Shown: piece by piece, positions 48,101 to 58,657 of the stretch | Position numbering within the stretch: the first letter of the stretch is position 1 | Layout: the number at the start of each line of letters is the position of its first letter | NCBI GenBank assembly: GCA_965112735.1 | Contig: OZ218955.1 | Span: 1,798,001 to 1,862,000, forward strand | DNA: 64,000 bases | From: Phaeosaccion multiseriatum | Taxonomy: Eukaryota > Protista > Ochrophyta, other classes | Reading direction: 5' to 3' | Notes under the pieces: generated by a model | The model's database searches: none | Told to the model about the DNA's origin: nothing | The model's input: the letters and a program-made list of their open reading frames with translations, nothing else | Translations under genes and position numbers: made by a program

Positions 48101-49544
48101 TCAACAGAGCAACACATGCACACCAACCCCCGCCTCCTTGCGTCTGGCGTGCATCCAAGCGTCCAGTGCCCTCTTCCTCCTCCACCACCACCTATACCAC
48201 CCCCAACCCCCCTTCTCCCTCTCCTCCTCTCACCCGATGTCCTTCTGAAGCTCCGCGATAACGTTGCTGGTGGGACAGGGTCCGATGTACCGCTCGAAGA
48301 AGATGGTGTGCTTTCTGCTCTCCCTGCCAGAAGGCGCCCCAACAGTGCTACTGTGTGCGCTGCTGGTGGACACCCTAGAGACATTCAAAGAGAGGGAGAG
48401 CAAACCAGCAGTTAGCCCAGGTAGGTAGATAGGTACCGAAATGTAGCGGCGCGGAGTCTCAATAACAAGCGCAGCTCGATGCCAGGCAGGACACACGCCT
48501 TCGCCCTCACTCCCTTCTCTACCCCTTTCCCCTCCCCGTCCCCCCTCTCTCGCAAAACACAGACGGCCCGGCCGACCGACCGCCTAACCAACCTCCCTCC
48601 CTCCCTCCCCCCCTCCCTCCTGACCTGATCTCGAAGGGCATCTTCTTCACAAGCCCGAGGCGAATGGGACCGAAGCTCTGGGGAGGTACATTCGCGAGTG
48701 CCACAGAAGGGGCGGGGATGGGAGCGCCGATGGTAGCCGCCTCCCACGGCGCCTTGAGGGGTTCGGACCCCGCTCCACCCCTACTCTTCTTAAAGCCCAG
48801 GGTGAGGTTGACTCTTCCTTGCTGGCCGCTCGGCACGCTCTGACTGTAGAGGTCCAGCTGTTGCCTCAGCCTCCGAATGGCCGCCTCGCAGTGGGTGACT
48901 TGTGTGCGGTAAGTGGTCCTCAGCTCCTGTTGTTGAGAGGCGGGAGGTGGGAGGTGGGTGTGTAGTGTATAACATTCGTTGTGTGGTGTGCCATGTATGT
49001 ATTGGTGTGGGTGAGGGGAGGTGAGAGATGGGAGAGGCGTGGGGCCCGGCTTGCTGGCACGCCGGTAGGTTGACCACTCCTGACACTCACGAGCACACTC
49101 TCACACTATGACATTGACACAGACACCTTCTAAAGTGCTTCCAGTCACACCTGACACTTGGCACTCCTTGACACTTCCCCCCCCCCCCTCTTCCACTGAG
49201 ATACTGACCTTCTCCTTGGTCGCCAGGATGTCCTTCAAGCTGACCTTGGTGGCGTGCAGCTCCTCGGCTCGGGTGATGTTCAGCAGCCTGACGGAAGTTA
49301 ACAACAATAACAGCAACAAGTAGGAGGAGGCGAAGGAATAAAACATACAATGTCTGTCCATAGAAAGCATCTACATTATCCTCATCATCATCACGCATGT
49401 CCTCCCAAACCTCCCCCCTTGTGTGGTCTGCCATCACAAGAAGCATGCATCACAAGCCTGATAATGTACTGACCGGATGTACTGCACGAAATTACTGTGC
49501 CTGTTCCTGATGAAGTCCCGCATGGCCACGCAGATGCTGTAGGG

Positions 49545-49575
<31 letters not shown>

Positions 49576-50655
49576 GCACCACACACACGCATTCACACAC
49601 ACACACACACAGCGGCGGGGGATACGACGGAGGAAGAAGGGGGCAAGTAGGTAAGCAACACAACACATTGACTGAGCGTGGGGAGGGTCTCGCGCTTCCT
49701 CATACTCCACTCCAACCAAGCCGTGACGCCTCTGCTCGGCGTGAACCCAACCACAGATAGCCGAGCCCACCCCATGTTCACCCGGCCGCCCCATGGCTTC
49801 TGACTCTTAACGACTCAACTCACCCGCAGCGGCACTTGATGCGGTCGGCGGGTAGGGCGACTCCGGCAGCGATGGACAGCCTCGAGTACTCCTTGTAGAC
49901 AGTGTTGAGCAAGTCCGCATCCGCCACCTCACAGAAGGAAGAGTTCTTGGCCTTCCATGCGCGACTGAAGCTGTTGGGTGTTGGTGCAGACAGGCCGGCC
50001 GGCCGGCAGAGGAGGGCAGGGGGTAGAGGGGAAAAGGGTAACAGGAAGAAGAGTCAGAGGCAGAGGCAGAGAAGTATGTAAGGAAGCAGAGTCAGAGGGC
50101 AGAAGGAAGGAAGGAAGGAAGGAAGCAGACGCACTGGCGAGCAGGTACAGTCCGTACCCTCCAGCAGCGTATTGTGGCGGCGGGGAGGGGTTCCATCAAG
50201 GGCCGTTGACGCTATCCAGTCGAAGAAGCACCCACTCGGGGGAGCCAAATCAACACCTCACCCACGTTCAAGCTCACACCCCAAACTCAAACTACTCACC
50301 TGTCAAAGGTGAGCCCAGCACCGATTTGGTGGCCTCGTACGGTAACCTGAGATGGAACAAAAGGCGGGGCAAAGCAAGCCAAAGCAAAGCGCAGAAAGCG
50401 AAAGAGAGAGCAAAGCGAGTGGGTTAGAGGCTCACAGCTTCACGAAGGGAAGAGCCGTGCGTAGGCTTCAAACGCCCCCTCTTTCCCTCCTTCCTTCCCC
50501 AAGCCGTCAACCAAACAACCAAGCCACTTCACCAATGCCCTGACCTTCGTCATTAAGCGCTCCCTCTCCTCCTGGTCCTTCTTGGCCTTCTCGGCTCTCT
50601 CTTTGGCCTCCTTCTTGTGCTGGCGCATCATTTGCCAGCTGTGGAGAGTTGCGCG

Positions 50656-50698
<43 letters not shown>

Positions 50699-50988
50699 TA
50701 CGAACAAATCAGTAGTCCATCGCATGTATGGAGTGAGTGAGGGCCTCAGACGTGGCTGCAGTGGCCGGTTTGGTTGGTGTGCTTTGGGGACCGGACCCTC
50801 TCTCTCTCACCCCTACTTGTGTCGACACTACCCTTCACTCTTCACGTCCACTCCCCCTCGCCCCCCTCCCGCCCACACCCCCACATCAACCCTCTCCCCT
50901 CACTCCCCCCTCCCACAGAAAAAAAAGCAGCTTGGAAGGAGGGAGAGAGAAGACCAAACAACACGTCAGACGCGCTGACAAAGCGCAT

Positions 50989-51033
<45 letters not shown>

Positions 51034-51947
51034 CTCTCTCTCTCTCACGCACGCGCACCCACGCACCGGTATCGATCAGGGCCGGTCGAAGTAGCGTGGC
51101 AGTGCGAGTTCTTCCAACTGGGGCACTCGCTGGCCTTGATATCGCACACGTAGCAGAAGCACATGGCGCAAAACTTCTCCCTCATGGCCTGGGCCGGGTT
51201 GGAGAAGAGATTGTTCTCGCAGTTCTGTCTCAAGTGCGGCAGGCCCTCCCCCGTAGTCCCAATCACCTCCATCTCATCATCATCTTGCCCTCCGTCAGCC
51301 CGGGCCTTCTTGCCCCCCCCATCCCCCGCCCCTGCCGGCACAGCGGCTTTGGGGGCCTCCACCTCCTGCACCTCATCGTCGTCGTCATCGAACGTGCCGC
51401 GTGCCGCTGCGGCAGGCAGAGGTCGCTTCACACCACGTGCCCCTTCTGCCTTCACTGCTGGTGCCGCTCCACCTGTCGTCAGTCAGTCAGCAGTCAGTCA
51501 GTCAGTCATCGATAGTGGTGGTGGAGGTCACACACAGCGTGTGGAGTAAGGTACGCGGAGAGGAGAGGGGCAGCCAAGCGGAGCGAGGTGTGCGAGGGGG
51601 GGGGGGGCTTCTGTAAGTAGACGATGAGAAGTGAACGCTTGCGTGGAAGGAGCGATGGAAAGAAAGACAGATAGATGCGGAGAGACCGAGACTGGTGTAG
51701 ACACCAAAGGGGGCACTCACAAACACGCCCCCACACACACACCTGCTGATGCCCCTCCCCTTGCCGGGCCGTACTTCTCCTGCTTGAGTCGCGCCAGGGC
51801 GCTCATAGTGGACGCTCCGGCAGACCCAGAGGCGGGCGCTCGTGCCGTTGTTGCTCCCGCGGCAGAGGGTGCCGTCCGGACAGGTGTGAGAGAGGGACCA
51901 TTGTCCTCGTCGCTGCTGTCACACAGATCAATCACGTCGCTAGACAT
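41791..51947 (-). CDS. SNF2-family ATPase, RAD5/RAD16/HLTF class, with C3HC4 RING inserted in the helicase and an N-terminal Cys/His-rich domain
   Basis: About 20 exons: LYEHQ, GGFLCDEMGLGKT, TLVVCHVSLVGQW, YDLVVTTYG, WRIVLDESH, WNVTGTP, RING CPIC...PCGHTFCHQC...CPVTGC, VFSQF, SGAVGINLTQANNVFMLEP...QAIGRVHRLGQ. N-terminal exons are linked by phase and low-complexity composition and are less certain. Confidence 0.9.
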
Positions 51948-52904
51948 CCTTACTCTTTCTCTTTTTCTCTCTTTTTTTACACTCTTCTATCTCCTGTCAT
52001 TGGCTGCGGATGGTACTGTGGTGGCAAAAGGGTGTATGGGGGGGGGGGGGGGGGAAGGGGGCTTTGAGTCCAGGAGGGTGGGGGGGCGCGTATGAGACCA
52101 AGGGTAAAGGATGTTGACAGAGCAAGTGAAGTGATTGTCAATCATGCTCACTAGCAGGAGAAGAAGGAGAGGATAGGAAGGGGGCACATGGTTCAATAAC
52201 TGCCTGACCAAACGGCGCTATTTTGGGCCTTCCCACCGGACTCAACCCGCGGGAAAAGCCCACCCCAAAAGACGAGGTTGGAAGAGGAGTAGAGACTACA
52301 TGGCTCACACGGCCCTCTAAGCCTCCGCCCCCCCAACCCTCTCCGCCCCCTCTTCTAGCGGTAACAAGGCCTCTTCCCCCGAATCCTCCCTCCCGCTCTT
52401 TTCTTCCAACCAAGACCCCCACCCGTATCACAACCAGCCACCTAAGGAGGTGAGCACGAGTTAGGGAGGGGCTAGCGCCACATACATCCTACCTCCCCTC
52501 AAGTCCCTTCAAGAGAGAGAAGTTTGAATCTCCCGCGCTCAAACATGTAAATCTCGAGACCAGGAAACCCAACGCGTGACGAGCAGGACAAGAGCGTGAA
52601 AATCACTCCATTCTTACCTTGTAGATCCGTTGCTCACACTCCACAAGTGCGCTTTCTTTCGTTCCTCTTTGTGTCGCCTCCTGTGTGTCGCCTCCTCGCG
52701 GCTGAATTTCTATACCAGCTCATTCGCCCCTCCCCTTCTCCCAAATCCCCAAATGTAAAGCGATAGTATCGTAAAGCGTAAAGCGCTACCGTAAAGCTCC
52801 TGCCAAATGGATTCTCTCCCTACAGAAGAGAAGGGGCAGGGACAGGGACAGGAGCGGGCTCAGGAGCCGCCGAACTCTTGCTGCAGGGCACGGTGAAGGG
52901 GCAA

Positions 52905-54095
52905 ATGGGGCTGCTGGCCTTCGCAACAGCGGCGGGGGCCTCGACCTGCCAGCAAATCAATGCAATGATGGAAGGGGCGTGGCTCTCCCTCGCGGCGGTC
53001 GCCCTGTGCTCGTCTCTCTTCGGCCACCTGCGCGCCTTGTCCTTGCACGGCAAGCTCCTCGTTCCGCACGGGGGCAATACCAACAACAATACCAACAACA
53101 ACACCCTCATGCCAATGGTGCCCAAGCAGTGGTTCACGCACTTTTATGTCTGCGGCGTCGGTGCTCTGCTCGTCATCGCCTACGATGCAGTTGTTGGAGG
53201 TGGCGAATTGCTCCTCAACCCGCTGCTTCGCCACAGTGGCTGCGCGGACGACGGGGAGGCGGGCGAGGTGCTTGTTCGACGAGGCGATGGGCAAGGGCGA
53301 GGGCTAGGACGGGCCCATCTCTTGGCCGCCATGATGATCATACACACGTCCCGCCGCCTGTACGAGTGCCTCTGCATTCACGTCTTTGGGGACTCGATAA
53401 TGTCTCTCACGGCCTACGGAGTGGGGCTTTTGCACTACCTCTTGGCGGCATTTACCCTCGCCATGGGCTTTGCAACAACCCCTTTGCCCCTGACGCCGCA
53501 GCTTCCCGACTCATCCATCGAGGGGGGAGGAGGAGGTGTGCCTCCCACATGGACCAGCGCGTGCCTTGCCGTGCTGAGCATGCTGTGGAGTAGTACGGGC
53601 GGCGCCTTGCAGGTCGGGGGGGTCATCTTGTTTGTGTTTGCGTCGACGGTGCAGCATCTCGCCCACAGACACCTCGCGAGCCTGAGACAGCGGAAAAGAG
53701 GAGGAGGAGGACGGGAGGGAGCCGCTGCAGGAGCTTCCGGACAGCAGCAGCAGCAGCAGCAGCAGGAGCAGGAGCGCTATGGCATCCCCTACGCCGGCCT
53801 GTTTTCCCTCGTGTCATGCCCCAACATGCTCGCAGAGGCCCTAGTATACGTGTCCTACCTTGCCGTGGCTTCCCCATCGGGGGCGAGCGTGGGTGTTGGC
53901 ACGGATGTGGACGCGGGCGTGGCACAACAGCAGCAGTTGGTGATACAGCCGCAGATGCGCGGCGTGGCGGCCATGTGCGTGTGGGTGTGCGCCAATCAGG
54001 CCGTGGGGGCGGCTCGTACGCATCGCTGGTATGTGGAGCGCTTCGGAGAGACGTACCCTCGGCATCGAAAGAGGATGATTCCTTTCGTATGGTGA
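52905..54095 (+). CDS. Polyprenol/polyprenal reductase (SRD5A3/DFG10 family), intronless
   Basis: Single ORF with HGK, VPKQWFTHFY, HTSRRLYECL, GLLHY, QHLAHRHLASLR, GLFSLVSCPNMLAEALVY, THRWYVERF...RKRMIPFVW. Confidence 0.93.
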   Translation: MGLLAFATAAGASTCQQINAMMEGAWLSLAAVALCSSLFGHLRALSLHGKLLVPHGGNTNNNTNNNTLMPMVPKQWFTHFYVCGVGALLVIAYDAVVGGGELLLNPLLRHSGCADDGEAGEVLVRRGDGQGRGLGRAHLLAAMMIIHTSRRLYECLCIHVFGDSIMSLTAYGVGLLHYLLAAFTLAMGFATTPLPLTPQLPDSSIEGGGGGVPPTWTSACLAVLSMLWSSTGGALQVGGVILFVFASTVQHLAHRHLASLRQRKRGGGGREGAAAGASGQQQQQQQQEQERYGIPYAGLFSLVSCPNMLAEALVYVSYLAVASPSGASVGVGTDVDAGVAQQQQLVIQPQMRGVAAMCVWVCANQAVGAARTHRWYVERFGETYPRHRKRMIPFVW

Positions 54096-54358
54096 GAGGG
54101 GCCCTTTTTGTCCATGTTCAAGGCAGAGCAGAGCACAGAGGGACGCCGAGAGACGCTGCTATCGATTATATATATATATGAGGCGCAGAGGACGAACATG
54201 CCACTCCTGTTTATGGAGAGAAAGAAGAAGTACTTTGCGTCATTATTATAGTGTAATGATTTCTTTTTGGATTGTTGCTCTGCTGCTCAAAGAAAAAAAG
54301 GCGCCAGTGCTTTGATTTTGTCACTAAATACTAAATAACATCCCTATGGTACCCAACT

Positions 54359-57300
54359 TCAAATGTGTAGCACCCGGTTGATGCCTCGGTCCAGCCATGT
54401 CTCCTCCTCCTCCCCCTGCCGAATCCCATTCGCCCGAGCCTCCTCTTCCTGCTGCAGGCGCTGCTGCTCCTGCTGCTGCTGCAGCTTGCTCTCTTGCCGC
54501 CGCTCCCACGCTCCTCGCACACCCCCGCCTGTCCGCTTGGCAGTTTCATCAGTTATACCTCCCTTCGCCTTGCCCGATGCCCCAGTGCCTCGCCCCCACC
54601 CCCGCACACCACCCCCAATTCTCTCCCTCAGCCCGCCATGCGTGGCCTCGCCGCTGCTCTTGTTCCTCGTCTTTCTGCCCAGGCTCCACAGTCCGCCCCT
54701 CCCCTCTTCGTCCATCAGGGGAATATCATAGTCCGGGACTTCGAATTTGTCGGGAAAGCTCATGGGGGGCGGTCGCCAGCCTGTTGACTCATGTTCGCCA
54801 AAGCTGGCCAGACCTGCGCATCAAAACGAGAGAGCAGAGAGCAGAGAGGAAAGGGGTGACAACAGAGCAAACGACATGGCACAGCATCAGATGGTTAGAC
54901 AGATGCTCTTTGTCCCACACAACGTCCAATCATATATATACCCAGCATCAGATGGTTAGACAGATGCTCGTTGTCCCACACAATCAATCCACAGGCGACG
55001 ACTTTTCGCTCCTCTCCTCCTTCACTCACCCTCAATCTCTTGCAGTTCCTCTTGGCCATCATGCGCCAAAGTCCGCTCGAGCAGCAGCTGCTCCTGCTGC
55101 TCCTGCTGCTGTTGCCTCTGCTGCTGTCGCAGCTGCAGCTCTCTCTCCATCTCCTCTCGATGCCGCTGTCGCTGCTGCTGCTGGTCCCGCTGCTCCGCCT
55201 CTCGCTGCTCCTCCTCCTGCAGCTGCTGCCGTCGCTGCTGAATCTGCTGTTGTTGGAGCCGCTGGTCCTCCTGCTGCTGCCGCAGTTGCTGTTGTAGCTC
55301 ATCCTCTTCCTCTTGCTGCCGCCGCTGGTGCTTCTGCTGCTGCTGCAGCAGCCGCTGTTCCTGCAGTCGCTGTTGTTCCTCCACCTGCCGCTGCCGCCGC
55401 TGCTGCTGCAGCCGCCGCTGTTGCTGCTGTTGCAGCTGCTCCTCCTCTTCTTGCTGCCGCCGTTGCTCCCGTTGCTGCTCCTGCTGTCGCCGCTGGTGCT
55501 GCTGCTGTCTGGAGCGGAGGTAGTCGTCATAGTAGAGCTCCTGCTGCGGCGGCGGCCTCTGCTGCTGCCGCTGCTGCTGCTGCTGCTGCTGCTTCTGCCC
55601 TCCCGACTGAACGGGCCGGTAGCTCTGCTCTACAGACCCCCCCTGCTTCCTCCCAGATCCCCTGCGGCCGATGCCGAGCATTCCCCCCCGCGGCGAAGGA
55701 GATACGTTACGACGGCTGCTCCTTGACACTTCCTGCCCGGCGCCACCAGTCCTGCCTGTGCTGCTCCTGCTCTTGGCTGTGCCAGCGCTCGCCTGTGGCT
55801 CTTTCGGTGGAGCACGCCTGGACACTCCAGCAGCAGGAGTAGCAGCAGGACGAGAAGGGGCAGCAGGACGAGCAGCAGCACCAGCTGCCCGCCCTCGCGG
55901 AGCTTTGTCGCCCTCCGTTCGGGCGTAGCTATCCGTAGCCACCCCGTCCGCCCCCCTCCCCCGCCGCCCTCCTGAGCTTCTTCCTCCTCCTCCTCCTCTA
56001 GCTCCGCTTCCTCCTCCACCTCCTCTCGTTCCTCCTCCGCCCCTCTTGCTGCGCTGCTCTCTCTCATGCGTAATAAATCCCTGGCGACCCCAGCTTCGGT
56101 ATCCGTCACGCCCGTCACCATCATCCTCCTCCCACTCGTCCTCGCCCCTCCGATACTCTTCACCGTCGTCGCTGTCGTCTCCACTGCCCATGGACAGCAT
56201 GTGGCCAACGTAGAGGCAGCCGGCCACAGGCACGGCCACACGTGCAACCTTAAACGCCGGCACAACAACGCTCTTCGCCCCCTTGCCAACGTTCACCACC
56301 CCGCCAGCTGTGAACCGGCACGTCGTGCTCACTCCTGTGGCGGTCCCCCTGGTCACGGCTCCTACTCCGTGGCCTACTCCGTTCCCCACGGCTCCGATTC
56401 CGCTGCCCACGGCCCCGATTCCACTTCCGACGGCTCCGATTCCACTGCCCACGGCTCCGATTCCGCTCCCCACGGCACCCCCAACAAAGCCTACACCGCG
56501 AGCAACGCCCTTCACTACTCGCACCGGGGTGGTGATGACGTAAAACACTTTGCCAAAGAAGCCGGTTTTGGCCTTGCGCTTTCTCTCCTTCCGCATGCTC
56601 ACTCTCCACGCGACCGGCATCCCTACCGAGCCCAAGACAGAGAGAGGGGGCGGGGGTGGAGAGACACAGTGAGTGAGAGAGTGAGAGAGAAAGAGAGAGA
56701 GAGAGAGTGAGAGGGGCGAATCCGGCACTCCACAAACGAGGTGGCGTGAGTACGGAGGCAAAGGGCCAAGCACGTAGTGTCAAAATGCCGACGGCGGGAC
56801 GGAGAGCAAAAGACAGCACAGGCGTACCCACCCACCCACCAGACGCACACACACGCGCACACACACACCCTACCCACCCACACATCCTACACACCTGCCC
56901 GGGGGCGAGGGAGGCCCTTCCTGAGCACCACAGCGGCGATGTCCGGCTCCATGTCGTCCACCTCGTGGGGTAGGTAGTTGAGTGTCTCCTCAAGGTCCTT
57001 GCGCATCGCCCTCGTGATCATGACTTGCACCGAGGCTTTGTAGGCGTCGGCCTTGGGGGCTGCGTAGTTGCGGCCGCTCTTGTAACCGCCGGCTGTGATT
57101 CGACCGCTACTACTACTGCTGCTGCTGCTGGTGGTGGTTGTGGCGGTGCTGGATGCTGGGGCCGCGGGCCTGGAGGTGGCTTCATCCACAACTGATTGCA
57201 TGTGGGCGTGGGAAGGAGAGAGGTGGGAGAGGAGAAGATGAGAACCCGACGGTAAAAACGGGAAGAAAGGGAAGAGGCTATCCACATCCACAAGGATCAC

Positions 57301-57704
57301 TCACCGTAGGCTCCGCTGGCGCCGGCTTCCAGCACATTGGAGGACGACGCCCCGCCTTCACCACCTCCCCCATGACGTTCTTTTCCTCTTTTTCCTCCTC
57401 CACCACCCCTCAGTCCCCCCTGCTTACGCTTGAGGTACGTCTCTTGCCATTGTAGCTGATGTCGGGCTTCCTCCGCGCGCTGTCTCTGTTGCTGGCGCCT
57501 CAGCGTCTCGAGCTGCTCGTGTTGCGGTGGGAGATAGCGAGCAGCGTCCGCACTTGGCAGCAATGCACCCCCCCTCCCAGAGGACGAGCTGCTGCTTGTC
57601 CCATGTAGCGCGGCTGTAAGCACGGCGAGGAGGTGGAAGGGGCCGCAGAGGGAGAGTCTTGGCTCTCGCCGCCTCAGCCCACTGCGTCTTGTCCGCTCCG
57701 GCAT
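54359..57704 (-). CDS. Uncharacterised protein: hydrophobic N-terminus, VMITRAMR-type small domain, GAVGSGI heptad repeats, Q/E/R coiled coil
   Basis: Four exons (~57305-57704, 56896-57192, 55030-56635, 54359-54812), including a long ORF of about 530 codons; C-terminus WLDRGINRVLHI. An alternative ATG exists at 57758. Confidence 0.7.
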
Positions 57705-58657
57705 GTATAGAGGCGGCAAGGCGTCGCAAGCTTCTTGATAATGTCTCACCTGAAACATGAGCGGGCAAGGGGTGGACGTGAAACTTGAGCTGGGCGCCCA
57801 TACTCTGCCCTCAGCTGAACCCCCGCTCCCCGCTCGTACTCATCTCTTTGAACTTTCCCCCACTTCTCCCCACATTCGCCACCCTTCCGACCGAATGAAG
57901 CAGCGAGACTGGCCTAGCAATGGCACCAAGACTATCCACCTTCTCTCAGCAGCCACCCGTTTCACTCCCACAGCTCCCTCTCCACCAACGCTACTCCTCC
58001 TCCCCTCCACGTCCACGGCCACGTCGAAAGTTCAAAATCTCGAAACATGAAACGGAGCCAAGAGCTGCGAGAGAAGACGGACCGTTTGTTCCGCGGTAGA
58101 CCGCGGGACGCTCTGCACGTATTCCCACGCACCTTGCGCTCGTTGTTTGTCTTCCCCTGCTGCTGTCGCGGTATATATCCCAAACCGGCCGTTGGAAGGT
58201 ATCAACCCCAGCACATCTGGCCTCCTCTCCGCTCCTCTCTTCCTTCCACAGCTGAGCCCACCCGACAATAGCAAGCGGGTGGTACAAAGGTGTTGAAGGG
58301 CTTGGGATGGTGCTCACTCTTCCACGCCTCTTTTCTCTTTTCTTTGTTTTTGATTTTTTGTGGTTTTCGGGTATAAGAGGAGAGCTGAAACTGAAACTTC
58401 TCGTATGCCTCTATCGCAGTCCTGACACCCTTTTTATTTTTGATGTCATGATTTGATTCCCTTTGTAAAGAGCTGCCGGTTGTGCTCCGCTGCAATCGTC
58501 AAGGCTTGCGCGATTAATCTGAGAAGCAGGGGGAGGCACTCTTGGGAAGATCTTCGGCTGTGGGCGCTGGGGAGGGCAGCAGCGTGGCTGCAGAGCAGCG
58601 AACCGTTTCTTGTGTTTTAGGCGGGGACTTCGAGCCAAGCGAGCCGCGCAGGGAGGC

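Noticed and set aside
1-54095. Functional cluster of methyltransferase/chromatin genes (SET, PRMT, SpoU, SNF2)
   Set aside because: They are interspersed with unrelated housekeeping genes, with no shared pathway or regulatory signature visible.
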